From: an uncultured Candidatus Rokubacteria bacterium
GTDB lineage: Bacteria > Methylomirabilota > Methylomirabilia > Rokubacteriales > CSP1-6
Direction of reading: 5' to 3'
NCBI GenBank assembly: GCA_963754315.1
Contig: CAVWFS010000015.1
Coordinates: 128,001-192,000 of the forward strand
DNA: 64,000 nt
Positions 1-10,131 of the stretch are shown one piece after another; position 1 is the stretch's first letter, and each line of letters starts with the position of its first letter. The translations under genes and the position numbers were made by a program. The notes below the pieces were generated by a model that saw nothing but the letters and a program-made list of their open reading frames with translations, was not told where the DNA came from and made no database searches.

Positions 1-1117
1 CGCGATCGGCCAGATGCAGAGCGCCGTCCAGGAAAACGAGGCCATCGGCGAGGGCCTGTTGGCGCTGGCGCCGCCCGGCCCCCCCCCGTTGCGCGAGCGT
101 GTCCTGGCAACGCGCGATCAGACGGCGCGACAACCGGTGGATCGTCCGCGCGTGAAGGTAATAATCGCGCATGAAACGCTCGACCCCCAGGCTCTGCTCG
201 GTATCCTCGTAACCACCAAAGGCCTTGGCGATTTGCGGCTGCAGGTCCCGGGACAGCACGTCGTTCTTGTGGCCGGCCAGGAAGTGAAGCTCGTTGCGTA
301 CGCGCCAGAGAAAGGTCAGGGCGGCGTCGGTGGCGGCCCGCTCGCCAGGGGTGATGAGACCCTTGTCGGCCAGCTCGCGCAGGGTGCGGGCGCCGAACTT
401 GGCCGAGCTCAGCCACATGGCGGTGTGCATGTCGCGCAACCCGCCCGCCGACTCCTTGACGTTCGGCTCGCCAATATAGGGCGAGGCGCCGAACTTGCGG
501 TAGCGCTGGTCGCGCTCGGTCAGGGTCGTGGCCAGGAACTCGCCAAAATCGCGGCGAAAGAGGCTTTCGCGGAGATCGTGGCGGAAACGGTTGAAGAGCC
601 GGCGACTGCCCGCGACGAGGCGAGCTGCCTGCATGGAGGTGAGGCTCGGGAAGTCCGTGCGCGCGATGGCCACGCAATCGTCCAGGGAGCGCAGGCTATG
701 GCCGATCTGCAGCGACAGGTCCCACAGGGTGTAGAGCAGCTCCTGGGTGACGCGGTGAACGTAGGGCGTGCGCTCTCCCTCGTACACGACCATGAGGTCG
801 ATGTCCGAGGAGGGGTGTAGCTCCCCGCGTCCGTAGCCGCCCAGGGCCGCCACCACCAGCGGAGCCGGCGCCAGGCCAGCCGCCGCCGCGTCGGACGCGA
901 TCAGCCGGGTGAGGGCCCTGATGATCGCGTCGATGAACTCGGCGTGCGCGCGGACGGATTCCCCTCCCGACGCGCCCTCAGCATGCTTGAGCTTGAGAGA
1001 CTCCAGCCCCTCAGCGAGGGCGGCGCGGAAAAATTCGAGTCGCAGACGGCGCCGATCGTCGGTGCGTTCGGCCTTAGCCTCGGCACGTCGGGCCCGGCGG
1101 AACAGCTCGGGCGGCAT
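1..1117 (-). CDS. glnD: [Protein-PII] uridylyltransferase, N-terminal part (runs off window start)
   Basis: My translation of the minus strand gives the nucleotidyltransferase motif ALGGYGRGELHPSSDIDL. It is absent from the ORF track because there is no stop in the window. Start is approximate (ATG 1117 or GTG 1126). Confidence 0.9.
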   Translation of the reverse strand, partial: MPPELFRRARRAEAKAERTDDRRRLRLEFFRAALAEGLESLKLKHAEGASGGESVRAHAEFIDAIIRALTRLIASDAAAAGLAPAPLVVAALGGYGRGELHPSSDIDLMVVYEGERTPYVHRVTQELLYTLWDLSLQIGHSLRSLDDCVAIARTDFPSLTSMQAARLVAGSRRLFNRFRHDLRESLFRRDFGEFLATTLTERDQRYRKFGASPYIGEPNVKESAGGLRDMHTAMWLSSAKFGARTLRELADKGLITPGERAATDAALTFLWRVRNELHFLAGHKNDVLSRDLQPQIAKAFGGYEDTEQSLGVERFMRDYYLHARTIHRLSRRLIARCQDTLAQRGGAGRRQRQQALADGLVFLDGALHLADR

Positions 1118-1187
1118 TTCGAGCACGAGCGTAACAGCCGCCCACAAAGACTGTCAAACTCGGCGCCGACTTACTAGAATCGAGACC

Positions 1188-2288
1188 GTGCGCTCCCGCT
1201 GGCGACCCGTTCTTGACCGCATCACGCCGTATCCGTCTGGCAAGTCGCTCGAGGCCCTGGCCGCGGACCTCGGGATCGCGGACCTGGTGCGGCTGTCTGC
1301 CAACGAGAGCGCGCTTGGTCCCTCGCCGCGAGTGGTGGCGGCCATCGCGCGGGAGGCGGGCCGTGCACACCTGTACCCGGACGGGGGCAGCACCGCGCTG
1401 CGCGAGGCCCTGGGCCGGCGCCTCGGGGTGGCGCCCGGGCGGATCGTTGTCGGCAACGGCGGCGACGAGCTTCTGTCGATGATCGGAGGCGCGGCGCTGG
1501 AAGCGGGCGACGAAGTCGTGCTGCCGTACCCCTCGTTCGAGCCCTATACGACGGTGGCCCTGCTCGGTGGCGCCCGCCCGGTGACGAGCCCGCTCGCCGG
1601 ATACGAAACCGACCTTGACGACATGCGGCGACGGATCACGGTGCGTACCAAGGTCGTGTTCATCTGCTCTCCTCACAACCCGGCCGCCACCATCGTCCGT
1701 CGCGCTCCGCTTCTCGCGTTCCTCGATTCGCTCGGAGCCGAGCCACCGCTGGTCGTGCTCGACGAGGCCTACCGCGACTTCTGTGACGACCCTGAGTACC
1801 CGGACGGCGTGACCCTCCTCGCCGACCGTCCGTACCTGCTCGTGCTCCGGACCTTTTCCAAGATCGCGGGCCTGGCCGGCCTGAGGGTGGGCTACGTCGT
1901 GGCCAGCGTGGAGGCCGTGGACCGTCTCAACCGCGTGCGGGCGCCGTACAACGTGAACCGCCTCGGGCAGGTGGCCGCGCTGGCCGCCCTGGAGGACGAA
2001 GGCCATTGGAGGAAGACCCGGCAGCTCGTGCTCGACGAGCGTGAATTCCTCTCCCGGGAGCTGGCCCGTCGTGGCTTCGTCTTTCCGCCGTCCCAGGCCA
2101 ACTTCCTGCTCGTGAAGGTGCCGGACGCGCCGCAGGCGCAGGCACGACTGCTCCGGGCCGGGCTCCTCGTGCGGGACGGGAGCGGCGTGGGCTTTGCCAA
2201 TCACCTGCGCATCGCGGTGGGCCTGCGCGAGACGAACGAACGTGTGCTCGAGGTGCTGGATGCGATGAACACCGCGGGACCTTCTTAG
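1188..2288 (+). CDS. hisC: Histidinol-phosphate aminotransferase
   Basis: Motifs LSANES, YPD, GNGGDE, SPHNP, DEAY, RTFSKIAGLAGLRVGY. GTG start chosen 7 nt after TAGAAT. Confidence 0.92.
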   Translation: MRSRWRPVLDRITPYPSGKSLEALAADLGIADLVRLSANESALGPSPRVVAAIAREAGRAHLYPDGGSTALREALGRRLGVAPGRIVVGNGGDELLSMIGGAALEAGDEVVLPYPSFEPYTTVALLGGARPVTSPLAGYETDLDDMRRRITVRTKVVFICSPHNPAATIVRRAPLLAFLDSLGAEPPLVVLDEAYRDFCDDPEYPDGVTLLADRPYLLVLRTFSKIAGLAGLRVGYVVASVEAVDRLNRVRAPYNVNRLGQVAALAALEDEGHWRKTRQLVLDEREFLSRELARRGFVFPPSQANFLLVKVPDAPQAQARLLRAGLLVRDGSGVGFANHLRIAVGLRETNERVLEVLDAMNTAGPS

Positions 2289-2611
2289 CGCGGTCGCCTC
2301 GATGCGGTCGGCCGGCGCCCAGCCGCCAGCCGTCGCTCGAGCTGCTCCACGCGGCGCGCCAGCTCGTCGCGCTCGGCGCGGAGGGTCTTGACGTGCTGCT
2401 CACGCTGCGCCTGATGCTGCTCGATCTGGGCGAGCTTCTCGTGGAGTCGAGCCTCCTGCGCGTACAGCGTCTTCAGCTCGGCCTCCAGGTGTCGCGCGCG
2501 GTGCTTGGCCGGCAAGAAGCCGGCGAAGAGCACGTAGAGCATGAGGGCGGCGAACAGCACGCTGGCCGCGACGAGGAACCACGGGACGGCTGCGCGCACG
2601 CGATCCGCCAC
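2285..2611 (-). CDS. Small membrane-anchored coiled-coil protein
   Basis: One hydrophobic segment (WFLVAASVLFAALMLYVLFAGF) followed by a heptad-like charged helix. Start uncertain. Confidence 0.6.
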   Translation of the reverse strand: MADRVRAAVPWFLVAASVLFAALMLYVLFAGFLPAKHRARHLEAELKTLYAQEARLHEKLAQIEQHQAQREQHVKTLRAERDELARRVEQLERRLAAGRRPTASRRPR

Positions 2612-2684
2612 CGGCCGCCATACTAGCAGAATGTCCCGAGATATCGGGGTGGCCGGTGCTATCATCGATTCCTCAGAGGGACGC

Positions 2685-3197
2685 GTGGAGCTCAGACGTT
2701 TCTTCGATCGGGCCATTCGCGCCAGCTTCTCCGACCTGGCTTTCCGCGACGATCCAGTGGTGCCGTACCTGGCCGATCTGCTGACGCGATTCGCGCGCAC
2801 CGAGAATCTGTTCCCGCGCGGAGCCACCGTGCCACGGCTGGAGACGGTGGTGGACATGGTCTCGGAGATCCACGGATTCTGGCAGGAGGAGGCCTCGTCG
2901 TTCCGACCCGAGCGCGAAGTGTCCCTCCGACGCCACATCGGTGACTTCACCCTGTTCATGATCGGGATCTTTCGAGAACGGGTGGAGCGGTCCGCGTCGA
3001 CCACCTACTACATCGTCGAGGGCAAGCGCGCCTATCGCTTCGTGTCCGAGCACGCGCGGGCGAGCGACCGTCAGCCCACGCCGTACCATCGCCTGGCTGA
3101 CCGCTTCGAGAACTACGCGCGCGTGCTCGACTACACCCGCCGTGTCCACTTCTTCGATCACCCGGCGCACCCGTTCTTTCGTCTGGACGGCACATGA
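2685..3197 (+). CDS. Conserved hypothetical protein (possibly DsrS-like)
   Basis: AGAGGG RBS before GTG. Motifs YLADLLTRF, RHIGDFTLFM and YYIVEGKRAY resemble DsrS-like proteins from memory only. Stop overlaps the next ATG. Confidence 0.7.
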   Translation: MELRRFFDRAIRASFSDLAFRDDPVVPYLADLLTRFARTENLFPRGATVPRLETVVDMVSEIHGFWQEEASSFRPEREVSLRRHIGDFTLFMIGIFRERVERSASTTYYIVEGKRAYRFVSEHARASDRQPTPYHRLADRFENYARVLDYTRRVHFFDHPAHPFFRLDGT

Positions 3198-4339
3198 CGT
3201 CCCCGAACGCCGGGGACGCCGCCCGAGGAATCCTGAACGCTGCCCTCGGCACGGACGGTCAGATCGCACCGGCCGCGCTGACCAGCATCGCCGAGCTGAC
3301 GGCCGAAGTGCTCGACGAGATGCTTCGAGCCTTCGCCGCCGACGAGGGCGCCGCCGCTCTCCCCGTGCTCTCGACCCTCTCGGAGAAAGCGTCTCGCCCC
3401 GTTCGGCGCGCCGCCAAGCTCGCCTTGTATCGTCTGGCTCAGCAGGGAGTCGTCGCCCCGCGCCCGACATCAGCCCGTCACGTCGTCGAGCGTGAGGCCG
3501 AGCGGCCGACCCGAGCGTGGATCTCCGCGGTCGACGGCACCGGGTCGCGGGCGGCCTGGATCCTCTTCCAGGGATCGTTTGGCGGGGGCGCCCTGTGTTC
3601 CCTGATCTTCAGCGATACGATCGGGATCGTCGAGGTTGCCGGTGGCGATATCACCAAGAAGCGCTTCGAGCGCGAACTCGGTGCGCTGCGACAGTCGCAA
3701 ACCCTGCCGTGGGTCGAGACCGACCCCGTGCGCGTCGTCAGGCTGGTGGGAGAATCACTGGCGCTGCACGCGGCGCTCGGGACGTCTCCTCCCCCTGCGT
3801 TCGCCCGCTGGAAGACAGCGTTTGCCTCCGTCGACGCCGCGCCCGCCCATGACGTCCCCGACCCGAGCCCGGCGGCACCGCTCGATCCCGCCCTGCTGGA
3901 ACGCTCGGCTGCCTTGCTCGATCTCCCGGAGTTTGCGGGGTGGTTCCTCGATCCGGAGGCGCTTCAGAGCGATTCCGTCGCGCTGCTACAGACTCGCGAG
4001 AGCCGGCTGGTCGTCTCCGATCACGTCAAGGCCGAGCGCGAGTCAGCCATCGTGGACGGCGTCATCGTGCGTGAGCTGACGCCCCAGGCGCGCCGGCGAT
4101 GGGCACGGCGCCTGGAGGAGATGGCGCTGATTCTGGCGTCGACCGATCGCCCCGAGCCGGCGACGTGGGCCGCGGCCGCCGCCGCCGGGCTGCGCGACGA
4201 GGCGCGCGAGGTCATTCGCCATCCGTTGATCCAGGCGTTGGCGCGACGCGGGCTGGACGTGGCGGCCGAGGTCACGCTCGGTCGCCGCAAGCTTGCCGAC
4301 GTCAGCCGCACGCCGAGCCCCACGACGTCGGTGAGGTGA
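3194..4339 (+). CDS. Hypothetical protein (HEAT-like helical N-terminus)
   Basis: 381-aa ORF translationally coupled to both neighbours (ATGA, GTGA overlaps). Confidence 0.75.
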   Translation: MTSPNAGDAARGILNAALGTDGQIAPAALTSIAELTAEVLDEMLRAFAADEGAAALPVLSTLSEKASRPVRRAAKLALYRLAQQGVVAPRPTSARHVVEREAERPTRAWISAVDGTGSRAAWILFQGSFGGGALCSLIFSDTIGIVEVAGGDITKKRFERELGALRQSQTLPWVETDPVRVVRLVGESLALHAALGTSPPPAFARWKTAFASVDAAPAHDVPDPSPAAPLDPALLERSAALLDLPEFAGWFLDPEALQSDSVALLQTRESRLVVSDHVKAERESAIVDGVIVRELTPQARRRWARRLEEMALILASTDRPEPATWAAAAAAGLRDEAREVIRHPLIQALARRGLDVAAEVTLGRRKLADVSRTPSPTTSVR

Positions 4340-5316
4340 TCACCCGCGTCCCCGGCATTCGCGTCGGCCACGCGACCGATACCGCTGCCCTGACCGGGGT
4401 CACTGTCGTGCTGTGCGATCGTCCCGGTATCGCCGCGGTGGAGCTGAGGGGCGGTGCCAACGACGTGATCGGACTCGACTACCTCGATGCCCGCCACCTG
4501 GTTCCGACCGTGAACGGTATCGTCCTCGGGGGGGGCAGCCGATTCGGGGGGGAGGCCATCTGGGGCGTCCTGCGCTATCTCGAAGAGCGCGGCACCGGAT
4601 TCGCGGCCGGACCCGCGGTGATCCCTCACGTGCCCGGCGCCTTCCTGTTCGACCTCGGCGTGGGCGACGGACGCGTTCGCCCGACGCGGGAGATGGGCTA
4701 TGCAGCCGCGGCCGCGAGCACGAGGAGCGACCCCGCAGAGGGTAACGTGGGGGCGGGCACGGGGGCCAGCATCGGCAAGCTCTTCGGGATCACCCGAGCC
4801 ATGCGAGGCGGCATCGGCTCCGCGAGTGTGGCTGTGGGCGACGCCGTGGTGGGCGCCATCGTGGCCGTCAATGCCGTCGGTGACGTCCGCGATCCCGACA
4901 CGGGTAGGTTGATCGCGGGCACGCGCGCAGCGCCCGACAGTCTGCGTCTGAGCGACTCGGCGGCGCTGCTGCGTTCGACGGTTGCCCTCGGGCGCTTTGC
5001 CGCGCCCCAGAACACGACCATCGGCATCGTCGCCACCAACGCTCAGCTCGGCAAAGCGCAAGCGGCCAAGGTGGCCGCGCTGGCTTTCCTCGGCTTCGCC
5101 CGCGCGCTCTCCCCGCCCCACACCGCGTTCGACGGCGATACCTTGTTCGTTCTCTCCGTGGGGGACGTGCCCGTCGATCTGACCCGGCTGGGGTTAGCCG
5201 CGGCCGATACGGTCGCCCACGCCATCGCCCGGAGCGTGAGGGCGGCCACGCCCCTGCCTGTCCTTCCTGCCGCCTGCCAGCTTACGGACCCTGGTGCGGC
5301 TACGCGGGAGTCCTGA
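4336..5316 (+). CDS. P1/S58 (DmpA-like) peptidase
   Basis: Motifs ITRVPGIRVGH, GGGSRFG, EGNVGAGTGA, VNAVGDV, NTTIGIVATNA, HTAFDGDTLF. Confidence 0.9.
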   Translation: MITRVPGIRVGHATDTAALTGVTVVLCDRPGIAAVELRGGANDVIGLDYLDARHLVPTVNGIVLGGGSRFGGEAIWGVLRYLEERGTGFAAGPAVIPHVPGAFLFDLGVGDGRVRPTREMGYAAAAASTRSDPAEGNVGAGTGASIGKLFGITRAMRGGIGSASVAVGDAVVGAIVAVNAVGDVRDPDTGRLIAGTRAAPDSLRLSDSAALLRSTVALGRFAAPQNTTIGIVATNAQLGKAQAAKVAALAFLGFARALSPPHTAFDGDTLFVLSVGDVPVDLTRLGLAAADTVAHAIARSVRAATPLPVLPAACQLTDPGAATRES

Positions 5317-5404
5317 GGAGTAGCCAAGACAACTCCGCCAGGGCCTGGTGTGGGCCCGTCCCGCTCAGCAGCGGGGCGAACGCCGAGAGCCGGCGCCACG
5401 TCCG

Positions 5405-6764
5405 CTAGTCCGGGAGCGGTCGGCCGCGTGTCTCCGGTCCGGCGAATGGCGTGACGATGAGCCCGATGAGATAGACGGCGCTCATCATGACGGCGGCGCG
5501 CGCGATACCCCCCAGGGACTCCGCGAGCCATCCGGCGACGAGAGGACCGAGGGCGGCCACGTAGCGCGCGCTATTGAATACCACGGCCGTGCCGGTACCA
5601 CGCACCGCGGTGGGATAGACCTCGGGCGGATACATGACCAGCCATGCGAACTGGCCGGTGGTGAAGAACCCGTTTACCGCGACCGCGAAGAGGAAGAGAG
5701 GGAGGCTCTTCTGCACCAGGAAGGGAGCACCGGCGGCGACCAGCGAGCCGGCAAAGAAGAAAGCGAAGGATCGCTTGCGGCCCCAAGCATCGGCCATGCT
5801 CCCCAGGCAGAGATACCCCGCGATCCCTCCTGCGCTCCATAGCAGCCCCGCCCGGGCCCCCCAGCCATCCGGCCCCAGCCCAGCTCGGGTGGCCACCTGG
5901 GTCGCGTACTGTGGAATCCACGTGGACACCGCCCAGTAGCCGACGATGGTGGAGAGCGCCATCATCAGGAGCAAGAGCGTTCGCCTCCTGAGCTCGTGGC
6001 TGGCGAAGAGGTCCACCACCGTGAAGCGCGTCAGGCGGCGCTCCTCCTCGCTCAGGCGACGCCCCTCCAGCGCCGCCCGACGGGCAGCTTGCCGTCGGCG
6101 ATCGGCGGCGATCCACACCGCGGGATCGGCAACACCCCGACGCATCCACAGCAAGAGGAGCGCGGGGAGCACTCCGATCACGAACAGGTATCGCCAGGAC
6201 CCATGCCCCAGGGGTTCGATCAGGAACCAGAGGCCAGCGGCGAGCAAGGTTCCGATGCCGAAGGCCGAGGCAAGGACCCCCGCTGCTCTGCCCCGCCGCG
6301 CCGGGGGCCACAGCTCGCCGACCAGGGCGGCCCCTGGACAGAATTCTCCTCCCAGCCCCAAACCGGTCAAAAAGCGGAAACCGAGCAACATCCAGTAGGT
6401 CTGTGCCAGCGCGCTCATCCCTGTGAACACCGCATAGCAGAGAACCGACAGCATGAGCATGCGGCGCCGCCCCAGATAGTCGGCGAGCACCCCACCCACG
6501 AGCCCTCCGGTGGCCCATCCGACGAGCGTTACCCCGATGAGGCCTCCGAAGTAGAGTGGACTCTGGGCACGCTTGGTCGGGCGGCAGGAGGTCGCCGATG
6601 GCCACCGCTCCGACCAGGATCAGGGCGTATGTCTCGTATCCGTCAAATAGCCAGCCGAATGCGGCAGCCAGCAGCGCACGCCACGCGGCCGGATCGAGCG
6701 GGCGAGAAGCCTTCCGGTCGAAGGCAGGCGCCGGCGAGCCCTCGGCTGCCTTCGTGGCGGTCAT
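5405..6764 (-). CDS. MFS transporter (one frameshift near 6573, probably assembly error)
   Basis: N-terminus GWLFDGYE is in ORF 5571..6797 and the remainder (GGVLADYLGRR, GLGLGGE) is in ORF 5405..6499. Removing one base in CAAGCGT joins them. Confidence 0.85.
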
Positions 6765-6789
6765 CGTGCCCCGATTGTAGACTGTCACT

Positions 6790-7107
6790 ATGGCCAAGCG
6801 AGGTAAGGTTATTCCCTTTCCCGGATCCCGGCCCGTGCTGCCGGAGCCTGGTGTCGAGCGCGAGCTGGCAGAAGTCCACCGGTGCCATCATGCAGAGGCA
6901 ATCGTCGTGCGGAGCCTGTTCGAGAGCGAGGGGATCCCGACCTTGTTACGCTCTCGGCTCCTCGCGTCGGTTCACCCTTTCAACGTCGGCGATCAGGGAG
7001 AGGTGGTGGTGCTCGTCCCCACGCGCGAGGTCGCCCATTGCCGCGTGCTCCTCGAGATGGGGATCATTCGCTGGCCCGACTTCGCCCCTAGCCCATCTCG
7101 GCGATAA
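6790..7107 (+). CDS. DUF2007-like putative signal-transducing protein
   Basis: Pattern EAIVVRSLFESEGIP...GEVVVLVP. Confidence 0.75.
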   Translation: MAKRGKVIPFPGSRPVLPEPGVERELAEVHRCHHAEAIVVRSLFESEGIPTLLRSRLLASVHPFNVGDQGEVVVLVPTREVAHCRVLLEMGIIRWPDFAPSPSRR

Positions 7108-8014
7108 CCGCCTCGATCGCGCCGAGGACGAGGGCCAGGGCTGCCGGCTCGACGGTGACGGTCAGGTCACGCGGCGTATGGTACGTGTCGAACGGTGGCG
7201 GTCGTCGCACCACGTGCATGAGCGCGCTCCTTGCGGGGCTCAGCACGAACTGACGCAGAGCCTCTGCCTGGGCCACCGGCACCACGCTGAGCCCGTAGGC
7301 AGGAACACCGACCGCTGCGAAGGCCCGATGATCGCTGCCGAAGACGGGGATCCGGCCCACCTGGTGATAACTCTCGTCCGGCCTCAGCCCCGAGCCCTCG
7401 AATGCGGCGCGTATCCGGCCCAGGAACGGGGTCTCGGCACCGGCGTCCCAGATGGCGACGCTGTCACCGATGCCGCAGAGCTCCAGACTCAGCACCCCCA
7501 CGATATCGTCCAGGGAGACGTCGTGGACGTAGGCGCGAGCCCCGAGATAGCCGAGCTCCTCGGCCGCCGTGAAAAGCAGACGCACGCGCAGCCGAGACGT
7601 CACCACCTGCGGTAGCCGCTCCAGCAACGTGAGCAGGATGGCCACGGCCGCCGCGTTGTCGTTGGCACCGGGACTACCCGGAACCGCATCGTGATGGGCG
7701 ATGAGCACGAGGGTCCGCGGGCCAGTCCCGACGTCGACGACAAAATTCTCACCCTGCCCCTCGAAGGTCGCAAAGCGGTGGCGGGTCAGCTCGACCCCGC
7801 GCGCGGTCAACCAGCGCGCCACCGCTGCTTCTCTCGCTTCGTTCGATCGCCCCTCGAGGAGGGCCAGGAGAGCCAATGGCGAGCGCGCGGTCCGGATCAC
7901 GTCATCAACCGGAGGTGGGATGATGCCGTGCGGCCGCGCACGCCCGTTGATGAGATGGCTCAGCCCGCTGTTGAGCCTCCCGCGCACGTAGAACCCCACC
8001 TCTCGAAGGCCCAC
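7088..8014 (-). CDS. M28 family metallopeptidase
   Basis: Motifs IAHHD, GANDNAAAV, AEELG, SDH, YHTPRD. AGGAGG RBS before the GTG at 8014. Confidence 0.88.
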   Translation of the reverse strand: MGLREVGFYVRGRLNSGLSHLINGRARPHGIIPPPVDDVIRTARSPLALLALLEGRSNEAREAAVARWLTARGVELTRHRFATFEGQGENFVVDVGTGPRTLVLIAHHDAVPGSPGANDNAAAVAILLTLLERLPQVVTSRLRVRLLFTAAEELGYLGARAYVHDVSLDDIVGVLSLELCGIGDSVAIWDAGAETPFLGRIRAAFEGSGLRPDESYHQVGRIPVFGSDHRAFAAVGVPAYGLSVVPVAQAEALRQFVLSPARSALMHVVRRPPPFDTYHTPRDLTVTVEPAALALVLGAIEAVIAEMG

Positions 8015-8023
8015 GATGCCCTC

Positions 8024-8803
8024 CTATCGCAGGCGAAACAGGGTACGAGCAGTCTCGGTCGTGCGCACGGCCAGTTGCTCCAGCGTCTCGCCGCGCAGCT
8101 CGGCCACGCGGACCGCGGTCAGGGTCAGATACGCCGGCTCGTTGCGTGTCCCGCGGTGACCCTCCGGCGGCAGAAAGGGACAGTCCGTTTCGACCACGAG
8201 ACGGTCGGCGGGCACGAAGCGCGCGACCTCGGGAAGCGCGCGAGCGTTCCGATAGGTCACGGGGCCCGCCAGCGAGATGAGAAGACCGAGATCCAGACAC
8301 TGACGAGCGACGGCCACGTCCCCCGAGAAGCAATGCATGATGCCGCCCAGGTCGCTCACGCGTGCCTCAGCGAGGATGGACAGCGTCTGCGCATGCGCGT
8401 CGCGGCAGTGCACGAGCACGGGCTTGTCGACCCGATGCGCCAGCTCGAGCTGACGCCGAAAAACAACCTCCTGGACATCGCGAGGTGAGAGGTTGCGGAA
8501 GAAGTCGAGCCCGACTTCGCCCACGGCAACCACACTGGGGTCCGCCGCGAGATGCTCGAGTTCCGTGAAATCCTTCTCGGTGGCGGCGGCCGCGTCGTGC
8601 GGGTGGACACCAACCGAAGCCCACACGCCTGGCTCGAGGGCCGCGAGAGCGACGGCCGCCTGCGAGCTGGCCATGTCGGTGCCCACCGTGACCAACCCGG
8701 TCACGCCCGCCGCTCGGGCGCGAGCAAGAACGGCCGCGCGGTCCTCCGCATAGTCGGCAAAGTGGAGGTGGGCGTGGGTGTCGAAGAGCACCGGTATGGT
8801 CAC
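8024..8803 (-). CDS. tatD: TatD family nuclease
   Basis: Motifs DTHAHL, GVHPH, GEVGLD, HCRDA, HCFSG, ETDCPFL. Confidence 0.95.
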   Translation of the reverse strand: MTIPVLFDTHAHLHFADYAEDRAAVLARARAAGVTGLVTVGTDMASSQAAVALAALEPGVWASVGVHPHDAAAATEKDFTELEHLAADPSVVAVGEVGLDFFRNLSPRDVQEVVFRRQLELAHRVDKPVLVHCRDAHAQTLSILAEARVSDLGGIMHCFSGDVAVARQCLDLGLLISLAGPVTYRNARALPEVARFVPADRLVVETDCPFLPPEGHRGTRNEPAYLTLTAVRVAELRGETLEQLAVRTTETARTLFRLR

Positions 8804-10131
8804 TGGAGAATTTCCTCGAGAACACGCCCCTCCACCGCGGGGGCCGCAATACCCAGAAGGCGCGCGGCGGTAGGAGCGATATCGACCAGACGGATCCGGT
8901 CGAGGACGGTGCCCGCCCGTACCCCGAATCCGGCGGCGATGAAGCCGGTCGCCATGCTGGGACGGAAGGGCAGAAAGCCGTGCGAGCCGCGCGAGATGGC
9001 GGACGCCTCCCTCTTGGCGCCAGACCGCGAGCACGAGCCCGACAAGTCGAAACCGGGCGCCGCCTCGATAGCGAAGGCCGCGCCGGGCATGGCGCCCATC
9101 GAGTCGAGCTCCTCACGGCTGACGATCGTCAGCCGGCCCGTGGCGGCGCCCCTGAGCGCGGCTTCGGCCTGGCGGGCCGTCGTCGTATCCCCGGCCGGAG
9201 CGACGAACACGGCCGCCGCACCTCCCGCGATGTGCACGGTCGCGCGCCACCCATCCCCGGCGCGCGGGCAGTCTCGCAGGCCAGCGGCGGCCAGGATCTG
9301 GTTGGGAAAGAGCGTGCGCTCGACGTCCTGGAAGCCGTGGTCGCCGGTGATGACGATGGTCGTGCGCGTGGCGACTCCCGCCTCCTCAAGCGCGCGGCGC
9401 AGTGTTCCGATGTGAGTGTCCACTCGGGCCAGAGCCGGCTTCACCCCCGCCCCGGCGCGCCCGCCCCGATGCTGGAAGTGGTCGAGCTGGACCAGGTGAA
9501 GCATGAGCAAATGGGGGCGCGCGTCACGAATGATGGCGGCGCTGACGGCGGTGAGAAACGCATCCCACTCGATCGCGTCACGGAAGATGTCCGGGCGAGG
9601 AACGAGACCCAGTCGTTCCAGCAAACCGGGCGTGACCGCCGCCCCCATCACATCGAGGGGATCGGGCCGAACATGGTAGTCGCGCTCGGGCAGAAGCCAG
9701 TCGATGCGCGCTCCGAGGGTCGAGGGCCATGACACGCCGGCGGTTCGCAGTCCTGCCGCCCGCGCCCATTCCCAGAGGGGCGACGCGCGCAGGTCGGAGG
9801 CCTCCTCGTACCATCGGCCGCGGGCGCCGAGGGGATCGAATCGCACATTGAAGAGGATCCCGTGGCGGGCCGGGCGGACACCGGTGACGATCGATGCGTG
9901 GGCCGGATAGGTGACCGTCGGAAAGACCCCTTCGGCCGCCCGCGCGGCGCTGCCCGCACGCACAAGGGCGCGTAGCTCGGGAGCCGCGAAGGCATCGTCG
10001 AGATAGAACTCGGGACGGAGTCCGTCCAGGGAGATCAGCACGAGGTAGCGCTCCCCGACTTCGTGGGCACCGGCCCCGGTGTCGAGCCCGAGGAGCAGCA
10101 GGGCCACGAGGATCGCCCGCCCGCACCTCAC
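8800..10131 (-). CDS. Secreted nucleotide pyrophosphatase/phosphodiesterase (alkaline phosphatase superfamily)
   Basis: Signal peptide; motifs ISLDGLR, FPTVTYPAH, DHFQH, GDHGF, GSHGF. Confidence 0.9.
   Translation of the reverse strand: MRCGRAILVALLLLGLDTGAGAHEVGERYLVLISLDGLRPEFYLDDAFAAPELRALVRAGSAARAAEGVFPTVTYPAHASIVTGVRPARHGILFNVRFDPLGARGRWYEEASDLRASPLWEWARAAGLRTAGVSWPSTLGARIDWLLPERDYHVRPDPLDVMGAAVTPGLLERLGLVPRPDIFRDAIEWDAFLTAVSAAIIRDARPHLLMLHLVQLDHFQHRGGRAGAGVKPALARVDTHIGTLRRALEEAGVATRTTIVITGDHGFQDVERTLFPNQILAAAGLRDCPRAGDGWRATVHIAGGAAAVFVAPAGDTTTARQAEAALRGAATGRLTIVSREELDSMGAMPGAAFAIEAAPGFDLSGSCSRSGAKREASAISRGSHGFLPFRPSMATGFIAAGFGVRAGTVLDRIRLVDIAPTAARLLGIAAPAVEGRVLEEILQ

Noticed and set aside
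14..820. 268-aa plus-strand ORF
   Set aside because: Antisense shadow of glnD.
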